Below, piece after piece: positions 54,800 to 63,500 of a stretch of DNA of 64,000 nucleotides. Below the pieces are notes generated by a model, which saw nothing but the letters and a program-made list of their open reading frames with translations, ran no database searches and was not told the origin of the DNA. The DNA comes from a virus (Duplodnaviria > Caudoviricetes). The DNA lies in the IMG/VR virus record IMGVR_UViG_3300014204_000174, positions 7,160 to 71,159 of that record, one strand, 5' to 3'. Position 1 is the first letter of the stretch; every line of letters starts with the position of its first letter. The position numbers and the translations under genes are program-made.

Positions 54800-56107
54800 A
54801 TGAAAGTTGCTATAGGGAAGTTCGGAAAGTCTATTCTTTTCGATGAATCAAAATGGGGTCCTATTGGTGGAGATTGTGAAGCGCCAATTTTTTACAAGTG
54901 TTTAGCTAAATATTATCCTGAGATAACTTTCTATATGATTGGAAAGTCTGATATTTATAAGATGTCTAAATCTGAATTTGCTAAGAATTTTCCTAATAAG
55001 AATATGATTGATGCAGCTGGAAGTAGAACAGCTACAGAAGATGAAGAGTATATGGTTCCAGATAAAATACTTGATGGAGTAGATATAGATTTTGGTATGT
55101 TTTTCTCAGGACCAGTTGGAAATGCTAATATACCAAATTTTATTCCTAATATATCGAAAGCAAAAGCTGGACAAAAAGCAATATGTTTAGAAATGTTTAA
55201 GAGGTATGCTGCTCCAATTGTTTACTTCTTAAATAAACGCAGTATACCTTATTTTACTTTAACACCAGATCCAAGATATCATCCAATTAGAGGAAGAGAT
55301 TTATTTAATGTCGCTAAGTTCTCTTTGTCTCAAATGGATACAAATAATATGTCAGTAAAGCATGTAAAATCTCAAGATGATATGACAGTTATTACTACTG
55401 TGGTTCCTACTATTTACTCTAGGTTCGAGAACATGTTTTTATATGGAATGGATAAACCTTCTGTTCCAGAAAAAACATCTATTTTATCTATGGTTATGAA
55501 TGAAGGTGGGAATGGCGGAACACTTAGAGGACCAATTTTAGAAGAGTATGTTTTAGGAAATAAAAATATAAGAGATGATTTGAGATCAAGTTTTGAGGTA
55601 TTTGGTAAATGGGATGATACTTGGATGAAGAAATATAAACAATTTAAAGGAACCGTTCCTTATTATAAAATATGGAATATCATAGGTTCATCAAAGTATT
55701 CATTCCTTATACCAATTGCTCCTGGATGGTGTACTGCTAAAGTATGGGAAAGTATATATTGTGGAACTATACCATTTCTTCATCCGACATATGATCAGAA
55801 TAAACATTTAGACGGTGTTATTCCAGATTTTCTAAGAACTAAATCTCCTAAAGATTTTGCAGAAAAAATGGAAGAACTTGAAAAGGATCCAATTGCTTAT
55901 AATCAAATATTAAAATATATTATATCTTCTCTTAAAGACGAGTATTTTGACGGTAGGCATATATGTGAAATGTTTAGAAAGGGATCCGAAGATCTTGGAT
56001 TCAAAATAAAAGCAGTTTCTGAATATTTTATAACAGAAAAGAATAATGAAATTAGTAAAATGACCTTTGTATCTGGACCATTTAGCAGTATTCTATCAAG
56101 GAGATAA
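54800..56107 (+). CDS. GT-B glycosyltransferase (phage DNA BGT/arabinosyltransferase-like)
   Basis: GGDCEA N-terminus, TPDPR, FGKW, WCTAKVWE...G.IPF. Confidence 0.55.
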   Translation: MKVAIGKFGKSILFDESKWGPIGGDCEAPIFYKCLAKYYPEITFYMIGKSDIYKMSKSEFAKNFPNKNMIDAAGSRTATEDEEYMVPDKILDGVDIDFGMFFSGPVGNANIPNFIPNISKAKAGQKAICLEMFKRYAAPIVYFLNKRSIPYFTLTPDPRYHPIRGRDLFNVAKFSLSQMDTNNMSVKHVKSQDDMTVITTVVPTIYSRFENMFLYGMDKPSVPEKTSILSMVMNEGGNGGTLRGPILEEYVLGNKNIRDDLRSSFEVFGKWDDTWMKKYKQFKGTVPYYKIWNIIGSSKYSFLIPIAPGWCTAKVWESIYCGTIPFLHPTYDQNKHLDGVIPDFLRTKSPKDFAEKMEELEKDPIAYNQILKYIISSLKDEYFDGRHICEMFRKGSEDLGFKIKAVSEYFITEKNNEISKMTFVSGPFSSILSRR

Positions 56108-56109
56108 TT

Positions 56110-57378
56110 TTGAAATTTGCATCTATAATTCCACTTATAGGCGGATTTGCTATAGGAGCTAAAAGAGCTTTGAGGAATGATCCAGAATTTATAATATCAT
56201 ATCCTTGTTTTTCTTTAAATGATGGAGTGTATTTAGAAAATTATCCACATCTTTCATATAAGTATTTCGTTATAGAAGATGGTTCAAATTCATTCTTAGA
56301 TGCAGATACTGAATCTAAATTTGAAAGTAAAAATAAAGATGTGGACATAGTAGTTGGTGTACCACCATGCGGCGGTCTTAGTCAGCTTAATTCATCCAGA
56401 TCAAATGGAAATATAGCTGATATAAACAAAGCTAGAGGACCAGAAGCGATACAAAATAGATTTATATTTAATACTGCTAAGTTTGTTCTTGGTAGAATTA
56501 AACCAAAAGTATATGTATTAGAAAATGCTCCAGTATTATCAACTAATGCTGGGTCAAAAGTGTTAGATGGTCTAAGAGAAGTTGCTTCAGCAAATGGATA
56601 TAGTGTATCTGTTTATTATACAGATACTCTTCTTCATGGTGTTCCTCAGAGAAGAAGGAGAACTTTTTGCTTTTTCTGGAAGGGAAGTAAATCATATATT
56701 CTAGACTGGGTTAATGAACCACATAAGTCTTTAGCAGATTATTTTGCAGAAATTCCAGAATGGGCAACGTATAATAATAGGGAAGAGTCAAAAAAAGAAT
56801 GGAAAACAAGTTTATATAGTCAATTTATGGATTCTATTGGAATTACAGCTTCTGGAGCTCGTGAACTTGGAGCAAGTACTTTTCTTCAATTAGCGTTCAG
56901 ACCAGAATTTAAAGATAAGTATCTAAATTTCATAAATTCTAATGGAAGAGAAAATACTACTGAAGCTAGAGTAGCTAAACATGTTGTAAATAAAATTGGT
57001 ATGAACATGAACTTCTGGGATCAAAGTCCAATATTTGCAGAAAATGATCATGTGAATGCTGTAATTTCTAAAAACATGTTAAGGTTTGTTCTATGTGAGG
57101 AAGATAGGTATATAACTATGAGGGAATGCATGCATCTTATGTGTCTTCCTCATGACTTCGTCACAGATCAAAAAAAGAAATACCTTATAACTCAGAATGT
57201 TCCAGCAAAAACGGCTGAAGACATAGTAAGACTTGCAGTTAAAGCTCTTGAAGAAGGTAAGACTGCTAATGGAAATTTTCTAATCCAAAACAATAGCACA
57301 CAAAGATCTATTTATCCTGAAGAATCAACTAAGAAAAACTCTATCTTTTCTATAATGAATGGGATTTCAAATGGATGA
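56110..57378 (+). CDS. C5-cytosine methyltransferase-like protein
   Basis: PPC (motif IV), ENA (VI), PQRRRRTF (VIII); atypical motif I IPLIGG. Confidence 0.7.
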   Translation: MKFASIIPLIGGFAIGAKRALRNDPEFIISYPCFSLNDGVYLENYPHLSYKYFVIEDGSNSFLDADTESKFESKNKDVDIVVGVPPCGGLSQLNSSRSNGNIADINKARGPEAIQNRFIFNTAKFVLGRIKPKVYVLENAPVLSTNAGSKVLDGLREVASANGYSVSVYYTDTLLHGVPQRRRRTFCFFWKGSKSYILDWVNEPHKSLADYFAEIPEWATYNNREESKKEWKTSLYSQFMDSIGITASGARELGASTFLQLAFRPEFKDKYLNFINSNGRENTTEARVAKHVVNKIGMNMNFWDQSPIFAENDHVNAVISKNMLRFVLCEEDRYITMRECMHLMCLPHDFVTDQKKKYLITQNVPAKTAEDIVRLAVKALEEGKTANGNFLIQNNSTQRSIYPEESTKKNSIFSIMNGISNG

Positions 57379-57607
57379 TATAAAAAGAATAGAACTTTTC
57401 AGAGAATTTAAAAAGATTTCAGATGAATCTGTAAATATTATAAAAAATCTATCATCTATTGTTCAGAATCCAGATTTGAATATAACAGATGAAGATTTAC
57501 TTAAATTTAGAAATGATGCAAGACTTCATGTTAAATGGTATGCTTCTAAATTTGCTGATCTTTGTGATAATATTGAAACATTTTATAGAAGCAAAAAAAT
57601 TAGTTGA
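57359..57607 (+). CDS. hypothetical protein
   Basis: ORF track. Confidence 0.5.
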   Translation: MGFQMDDIKRIELFREFKKISDESVNIIKNLSSIVQNPDLNITDEDLLKFRNDARLHVKWYASKFADLCDNIETFYRSKKIS

Positions 57608-57632
57608 CATTATATCTTTTGAAGACTAAATA
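57604..57632 (+). promoter_or_regulatory. class II promoter
   Basis: TTGACA-N17-TAAATA. Confidence 0.6.
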
Positions 57633-57669
57633 TCTATATAAAGAAAGTTTTATTAAAGAGGAGGAAATC

Positions 57670-58401
57670 GTGGTACTTTTGGAACCAAGTTGTTCTATTG
57701 AATCTGTAACACCAAATGCCATTGCTCTTATAGAAAGAGCTGGCAGAACTTGTTATAAAAGTGAAGAAAAGATTACTAAAGATTCTTCTGAAGAATTTGT
57801 CAGAATGATAATTAAAAGAGGACATCACTCAGTTCTTGAACATGCTTCTATGACAGTTAGAATAGTTTGTGATAGAGGTGTTACTCATGAGATTGTAAGA
57901 CATCGTTTATGTGCTTACTCTCAGGAAAGTACTCGATATTGTGATTATGTTGGAAGAGAAATAGATGGAGAAACAGGTGTAAAGTATATTACTCCATTTT
58001 TCTTCGATCCAATGGAAGAAAGAAAAAATATATATGTACCGTGTATTCGATTTGAACCAAATGAAGATGCTCCAGATAATCATGTTGAATTAGATTTTAG
58101 AATGGGTAATGGATTTTTAATGAACTCTTTAGATATATGGATGATATCGTGTCTTTTTTCAGAATGGTCATATAAAATTCTTTTAAATCAGTTTAATAGA
58201 ACACCTCAAGAAGCACGATCTGTACTTCCAAATTCTCTGAAAACTGAAATAGTTGTTACTGCTAATATAAGGGAGTGGAGACATATATTCTCACTCAGAC
58301 TATCTAAAGCAGCTCATCCTCAGATGAGAGAAATAATGACCAAAGTTCTAGAGAAAGCTAAAGAAGCAATCCCAGTAGTATTTGAAGATATAAACCCGTA
58401 A
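57670..58401 (+). CDS. thyX: flavin-dependent thymidylate synthase
   Basis: HHSVLEH, THEIVRHR...SQESTRY, ARSVLP, AHPQMR; GTG start 57670 after GAGGAGG. Confidence 0.95.
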   Translation: MVLLEPSCSIESVTPNAIALIERAGRTCYKSEEKITKDSSEEFVRMIIKRGHHSVLEHASMTVRIVCDRGVTHEIVRHRLCAYSQESTRYCDYVGREIDGETGVKYITPFFFDPMEERKNIYVPCIRFEPNEDAPDNHVELDFRMGNGFLMNSLDIWMISCLFSEWSYKILLNQFNRTPQEARSVLPNSLKTEIVVTANIREWRHIFSLRLSKAAHPQMREIMTKVLEKAKEAIPVVFEDINP

Positions 58402-58419
58402 AAGTAGGGAGAATAGTTC

Positions 58420-60462
58420 TTGGTATCTCCAGAAATTCAAGAGAAGGAAGCAGAAGAAAAAATGAATCGTACGAGGAAACTTCTCGTATCTTCAACTTCC
58501 TATGATTCGGCATTTGTTCAATTAATATATGATCTTCAGCGTAGACTTCCTGAAAAAGTATTTCATATACAAGGAATATCTAATCAAGCTAGAGACATAA
58601 ACAATTTTTCTAGAAGGTTCTTTTCTAAATCAGCTGGAAGTACTATTGATATTACAGTAGACCAAAATGCTAATGTTAGTACTAAGACTGTATCTCAATT
58701 TTCAGCTGAAAATAACAAGGCTACTCTTAGGCTTAATGGGCTTTATCTTTTATGGAAGTATATGAAGAAAGTTCAGATGAATGATGGAGTAAAAGAAGTA
58801 TATTCAATAGTCAAAGCTAATAATGTAATAGAAAGAATTATAGATGGAGAGTTATTTGTTAATGACCTAGCATCAGTTGAAAAACCATATTGTTGGGCAC
58901 AATCTTTAGAGATGTTGATGTTTGAAGGTGCTCCATTTATGAATTATAATGCAAGGATACTTCCACCGAAGAGACCTTCATCTTTTGTAAACTTAGTTGT
59001 TCAGATAGTAGCTTACTTATCTAATCAATTAGCTGGTGCTGTAGCTTTACCAGATTTGTTCTTTTACTGGGATTATTTGAACAGAAAAAAGTTTGGAGAT
59101 AAATACCTCACAGAAGATGTAATGAATGAAGACCAAAGAGATGAACTAAAGAACTTGTTTCAGCATATTGTTTATTCATTTGGAACTGAGTTCAGGACGG
59201 GACAATCACCATTTACCAATGTAAATATAGCTGACTCTGGATTCCTAGAATATCTATTCGGAGAGAAAACATATCCAGATGGATCTAAACCAGATCTAAG
59301 ATCTGTAAAGCTTCTTGGTATGAGATTCTTTGAAGAATTTACTAGAATGAATATGAAAGAAGGAATATTTACTTTTCCAGTTGTTACTTTAGCATGTTCA
59401 GTCTTAGATGGAAAATTAGTGGATGAGGAATTTGTAGACTGGGTGTGTAAAGTTAATTGTGAAAAAGCACTTGGTAACATTTATACTGGAGATCCTACAT
59501 CACTTTCATCATGTTGTCGTTTACGAAACGATGTAAATACTTTTACTGATTACCAGAATTCATTTGGAGTATCTGGAGTATCAATAGGAAGTCATAGGGT
59601 TGTTGGAATAAATATGCCAAGACTTTTTGTTGAATCAACACCAAGTGGAATATTTGATAAAGACTTTTTCTTAGAAAATCTATATAATAGATTAGATGAT
59701 TGTAAACTTATTCTTGAAGCTCATAGAAAGATTATAGAGAAACATATAGAAGTTGGAGTTCTTCCTCTATATACTCATGGATGGATGTTCCTTGAAAAGC
59801 AATATAGTACCATTGGAATTATTGGCGTTTATGAAATGCAGAGTGCTTATAATTCCCTTCATGGTTACGAAGACGTTTCGAAAAATATTAAGAACTATTC
59901 ATTCGCTATTGATGTTGTATCAAGGATTAGTAAGAAAACTCAAGAGTGGTCATCACAAGGAACATCAAAGTATAATCTTGAACAGATTCCCGGTGAGTCT
60001 TTAGCTGTAAGATTAGCAGAAGTTGATGATATAATGGGTAAGAGTAGAGGTGAGAAGATTTATTCTAATCAATATGTTCCTCTTGTGGTTGGAAATGTTA
60101 CTATATCTGACCGCTTTAAGATTCAAGGAAAGTTCGATACTCTTACATCAGGAGGTTCAATTCTTCATATTAATATAGATGAATCTGAGCATATTACACC
60201 AGATCAAATGAAAAAATTATTTGAAATAGCAGTAAAAACTGGAACTGTATATTGGGCTTTAAATTATGTATATGCTAAATGTTATAATGGACATTATTTC
60301 TTAGCAACAAATAAAGAAACTAAATGTCCAGCATGTGGATCTGAAGATATAAAGTTCTTTTCAAGAGTTGTTGGATTTATAACTCCAGTTGCTAGTTGGA
60401 TAGATACAAGAAGAAATTGGGAGTTCGGAGAAAGAAAGTTCTATAGTGGAAAAATAATCTAA
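58420..60462 (+). CDS. nrdD: anaerobic (class III) ribonucleoside-triphosphate reductase
   Basis: SNQLAGA, QSPFTN, FTFPV, SSCCRL, GGSILH, Zn ribbon, SRVVGF glycyl-radical loop. Confidence 0.9.
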   Translation: MVSPEIQEKEAEEKMNRTRKLLVSSTSYDSAFVQLIYDLQRRLPEKVFHIQGISNQARDINNFSRRFFSKSAGSTIDITVDQNANVSTKTVSQFSAENNKATLRLNGLYLLWKYMKKVQMNDGVKEVYSIVKANNVIERIIDGELFVNDLASVEKPYCWAQSLEMLMFEGAPFMNYNARILPPKRPSSFVNLVVQIVAYLSNQLAGAVALPDLFFYWDYLNRKKFGDKYLTEDVMNEDQRDELKNLFQHIVYSFGTEFRTGQSPFTNVNIADSGFLEYLFGEKTYPDGSKPDLRSVKLLGMRFFEEFTRMNMKEGIFTFPVVTLACSVLDGKLVDEEFVDWVCKVNCEKALGNIYTGDPTSLSSCCRLRNDVNTFTDYQNSFGVSGVSIGSHRVVGINMPRLFVESTPSGIFDKDFFLENLYNRLDDCKLILEAHRKIIEKHIEVGVLPLYTHGWMFLEKQYSTIGIIGVYEMQSAYNSLHGYEDVSKNIKNYSFAIDVVSRISKKTQEWSSQGTSKYNLEQIPGESLAVRLAEVDDIMGKSRGEKIYSNQYVPLVVGNVTISDRFKIQGKFDTLTSGGSILHINIDESEHITPDQMKKLFEIAVKTGTVYWALNYVYAKCYNGHYFLATNKETKCPACGSEDIKFFSRVVGFITPVASWIDTRRNWEFGERKFYSGKII

Positions 60463-60476
60463 AACAGGAGGAAGAA

Positions 60477-60881
60477 GTGAAGATAAAGAAAGCAACTGAT
60501 ACTGGCATTGAAGAAAAAGAAGTTAGTACCGAAGAATTAAAACCAGTTGTTACACCGGAAAAGGCAAGAAAAGTAGCACTTAATAATATTTCTTTTTCAG
60601 CAGATTTTGAAACCTACAAAGATGGAGATTCTAGATTAGTTATGGTTCAGTTCTTTGGAATGTCTCCAAATGGACCTGTAATTATGTCTAGAGTTTATAA
60701 AGGTACTGCACCAATTTCTTCAGAAGAATTCTCAAAGACTTTGGCTGAGAAGAGAGAAGCTGTAATAACTACAAGTTCTCAGAGTGATGTAATGGATGCT
60801 TTGAATTGTGTCAATGATATTCTTACAGAAGACATGGGATATGAAGTTGTGCCAATGTATTCAATGATAAATCTTTCATAA
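60477..60881 (+). CDS. hypothetical protein
   Basis: ORF track; RBS. Confidence 0.55.
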   Translation: MKIKKATDTGIEEKEVSTEELKPVVTPEKARKVALNNISFSADFETYKDGDSRLVMVQFFGMSPNGPVIMSRVYKGTAPISSEEFSKTLAEKREAVITTSSQSDVMDALNCVNDILTEDMGYEVVPMYSMINLS

Positions 60882-60886
60882 TAAAT

Positions 60887-60961
60887 GGTGTGAGCTTAAT
60901 GTAATGGTAGCACGATAGGATGTGGCCCTGTTAGCGTGGGCGAATCCCGCAGCGCACCCCA
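60887..60961 (+). tRNA. degenerate tRNA-His(GUG)
   Basis: G-1:C73, CCA, AUAGG-AUGUGGC-CCUGU; T-loop reduced to CGAAU; acceptor pairs 6-7 mismatched. Confidence 0.6.
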
Positions 60962-60984
60962 ATTTTAAAATAAAAGAGGATTTT

Positions 60985-61851
60985 ATGGTGTATGATTGCT
61001 TTGCTTATAATGGAGAAAAAGAAGCTCTTGATATAAGACTTCATCATCATAGTTTTGTCGATTGGTTTGTTATTATGGAGTCAGATTATACGTATTCTGG
61101 AAATAGAAAACCACTTTATTTTAAAGAATTATTTCATAGTAAAGAAGGAGAATGGCTTCAAGATTTTGAAGATAAAATATTATATGTTCATCATAGTGAA
61201 AGAAGAAAACCAAACCAATCTATATGGGAATATGAATTTGAACAAAGAGATATGTTAATGTCAGTTGCTCCAATATTTAAAAATGATGATCTTATTTTAT
61301 ACTTAGATTGTGATGAAATAATTAGAGATTTTGTAGCAATAGAAATGGCTATGGTTCATGATTGTATTGTTACATTTAACATGGACATGAGATGGTATTA
61401 TTTAGATTGTGAAGTAGATCCTTCTAGATCTACTCATACTTTAGATTATAGTGCAGAACAATGTTTTAAATGGAAATGGCATATGGGAAAAGCATGTAGA
61501 AAGAAACATCTTTATGAAAAAAGAGGAAATTTATATTCTCTAAGAACTGATAATATTTGGAATGAAGAACTTAGAACTTCGATTGATCATGCTGGTTGGC
61601 ATTTTTCTAATCTTAGAGGAGCAAAAGAAATAATTAGAAAAATAGAATCTTTTTCACATAGTGAAGAATTAAAAGAGAAATATATAATTGCAGAATATGA
61701 AATAAAAGATAGAATAAAGAATCTTAGAGATCCACTTGGAAGAGACATTTGGTTTAAACAAACAAAAATATTAGATGTTCCAGATTATGTTTCACATAAT
61801 ACAGAAAAATTTAAGGAGGTACTTCTTTGCGAGCAGAAGAGTGGAGTTTAG
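60985..61851 (+). CDS. glycosyltransferase family 17-like
   Basis: MVYDCFAYNGE...LDIRL...VDWFVIMES..TYSG..KP; EFEQRD; DCDEI; AGWHFS. Confidence 0.75.
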   Translation: MVYDCFAYNGEKEALDIRLHHHSFVDWFVIMESDYTYSGNRKPLYFKELFHSKEGEWLQDFEDKILYVHHSERRKPNQSIWEYEFEQRDMLMSVAPIFKNDDLILYLDCDEIIRDFVAIEMAMVHDCIVTFNMDMRWYYLDCEVDPSRSTHTLDYSAEQCFKWKWHMGKACRKKHLYEKRGNLYSLRTDNIWNEELRTSIDHAGWHFSNLRGAKEIIRKIESFSHSEELKEKYIIAEYEIKDRIKNLRDPLGRDIWFKQTKILDVPDYVSHNTEKFKEVLLCEQKSGV

Positions 61852-62636
61852 AACAGCACGCTAGAAATATTCAATATATTAATGTAGAAACTCATAATGG
61901 ATGTCATTATAAAGGTATTCATGATTGGTGTCCTCTCCATTATGATAAAAGAGATCAGATGTTTCTTTCTGCAAGTATTCTTGAAAAAGTTGTTGAGTTT
62001 CTTAAGAAGTATGATTTTTCTGGTTTATTTTATCTTTCTGGTTATGATGAACCACTATCTGACCCAAGAATGTCTGAATTTGTAAGATATGTAAAGAAGA
62101 GTTTACCAAAATGTACAATTGGTATGTTTACAAATGGTAAACTTCTTGATTCTAGAATGATGAGAGAAATAGTAGAAGCTGGAGTTGATGTTCTAAGATT
62201 ATCTATCTATAGTAAGTCTGAACATGAAAGACTTATTAAAGAACACGCTTCTTCTGGAGTAAATAATGTATGTTTTCATCCAAGATATGATAAAGCAGTG
62301 ACTGATGAAGGTGCTGGCGAAGATATGGATGATAGGATTCACAACTATGACTTTCCTGGAACATGTCTTCAAGAACCATGTTATATGCCAGTAATGTATT
62401 ATTTTGTTCGAAATACTGGTGAAGTTCATATGTGTTTTAGAGATTGGCAATATGATGAAACATTTGGAAATTTATATACAGATAGTGTAGAGGATACATT
62501 GGTTCATCCAAGAAGGATTGAAATTATAAACACTCTTGTTTATGATAGAGATAGAATGAAGATTCCAGTTTGTTCAGGGTGCAGATTACCAGTTATGAGA
62601 TGTGTATCAGAATATTGTGGGAGAATGAATATTTAA
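61827..62636 (+). CDS. radical SAM/SPASM-like protein with non-canonical cluster motif
   Basis: ETHNGCHYKGIHDWCP, SGYDEPL, TNGKL; C-terminal PC...GEVHMC...FGNL...CSGC. Confidence 0.7.
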   Translation: MRAEEWSLEQHARNIQYINVETHNGCHYKGIHDWCPLHYDKRDQMFLSASILEKVVEFLKKYDFSGLFYLSGYDEPLSDPRMSEFVRYVKKSLPKCTIGMFTNGKLLDSRMMREIVEAGVDVLRLSIYSKSEHERLIKEHASSGVNNVCFHPRYDKAVTDEGAGEDMDDRIHNYDFPGTCLQEPCYMPVMYYFVRNTGEVHMCFRDWQYDETFGNLYTDSVEDTLVHPRRIEIINTLVYDRDRMKIPVCSGCRLPVMRCVSEYCGRMNI

Positions 62637-62643
62637 AAACTAG

Positions 62644-62672
62644 TTGACATTGGGAGTTTCTTTTATTATATT
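62644..62672 (+). promoter_or_regulatory. class I sigma70-like promoter
   Basis: TTGACA-N17-TATATT. Confidence 0.8.
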
Positions 62673-62707
62673 ATATTTAATTGAAAATTCAAATAGAGGA
62701 GAATGAA

Positions 62708-63250
62708 ATGAAGTTCACAGATATTAAGAAACTTACAAACATTGGAAATTATTCAATTGATGTATCATGGATTTCTCTTGAACGCCATCTTGAAAGATGG
62801 ATATCAGAGAAACATTCATCTCTTGATTTAAATCCTGATTTTCAGAGAGCACATGTTTGGAATGAAAAGCAGCAGAAAATGTATGTTGAGTTTAAACTTC
62901 GTGGTGGTAATGGTGCTGATGAATTAATTCTTAATTGTAATGGTTGGATGGATGATTTTCGTGGACCATTCGTTCTTGTAGATGGCAAACAAAGGCTTGA
63001 AGCTGTAAGAAAATTTCTTCGTGGTGAACTTGCAATATTTCATTCTGAAGAAAAACCTGATGGATACACTATAAATGATTTTGAAGATAAACTTAAATGG
63101 AATCCTAAATTTACATTTTCAGTGAATAATCTTAAAACAAGAGAAGAAGTTTTACGTTGGTATCTTGAACTTAATACTGGCGGAACTGTTCATACCGATG
63201 AAGAAATAAACAAAGTTAAACAAATGCTTGATGAAATCAAAGGAGAATGA
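62708..63250 (+). CDS. stand-alone DUF262 (GmrSD-N / ParB-Srx fold) protein
   Basis: PDFQRAHVW, LVDGKQRL, YLELNTGG. Confidence 0.8.
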   Translation: MKFTDIKKLTNIGNYSIDVSWISLERHLERWISEKHSSLDLNPDFQRAHVWNEKQQKMYVEFKLRGGNGADELILNCNGWMDDFRGPFVLVDGKQRLEAVRKFLRGELAIFHSEEKPDGYTINDFEDKLKWNPKFTFSVNNLKTREEVLRWYLELNTGGTVHTDEEINKVKQMLDEIKGE

Positions 63251-63251
63251 A

Positions 63252-63497
63252 ATGAAGTTCACTGGATATAAAGTATTATGTGGGCAATGGTTATATTATG
63301 TATTAGATAAAGAACCAGGAATATGGTTACTAGTTATTTGTATTGACAAAAAATGGGTTTATACTGAACATTATAAAAATACTGATAAAAAAATTAAATT
63401 ACATATTAATTCACTTGAAGATGAAAATGGTCGAGGTAGAGCATATCCTTCAGTATATGATTATAATTATCGGTTAAAATTTGAACAATTCAACTAA
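63252..63497 (+). CDS. hypothetical protein
   Basis: ORF track; AGGAG RBS. Confidence 0.5.
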   Translation: MKFTGYKVLCGQWLYYVLDKEPGIWLLVICIDKKWVYTEHYKNTDKKIKLHINSLEDENGRGRAYPSVYDYNYRLKFEQFN

Positions 63498-63500
63498 TTT

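Noticed and set aside
26433-60462. Inteins or group I introns in uvsW, primase, nrdD, gp47
   Set aside because: Lengths and motif spacing are normal; no HINT or LAGLIDADG signatures and no interruptions.
60922-60984. N-terminal extension of the GT17 ORF (and similar extensions at 6263-6373, 57604-57669, 63543-63590)
   Set aside because: They overlap tRNA genes or promoters; better starts with RBS lie downstream.
786-62450. Numerous opposite-strand or nested ORFs in the track (e.g. 5354-6088, 11524-12069, 26674-27000, 59172-59480)
   Set aside because: Shadow ORFs antisense to or out of frame within well-supported genes, with no motifs or RBS.
61827-62636. NrdG activase for NrdD
   Set aside because: It carries a SPASM/twitch domain and an altered cluster motif, and is coupled to the GT17 gene rather than to nrdD.
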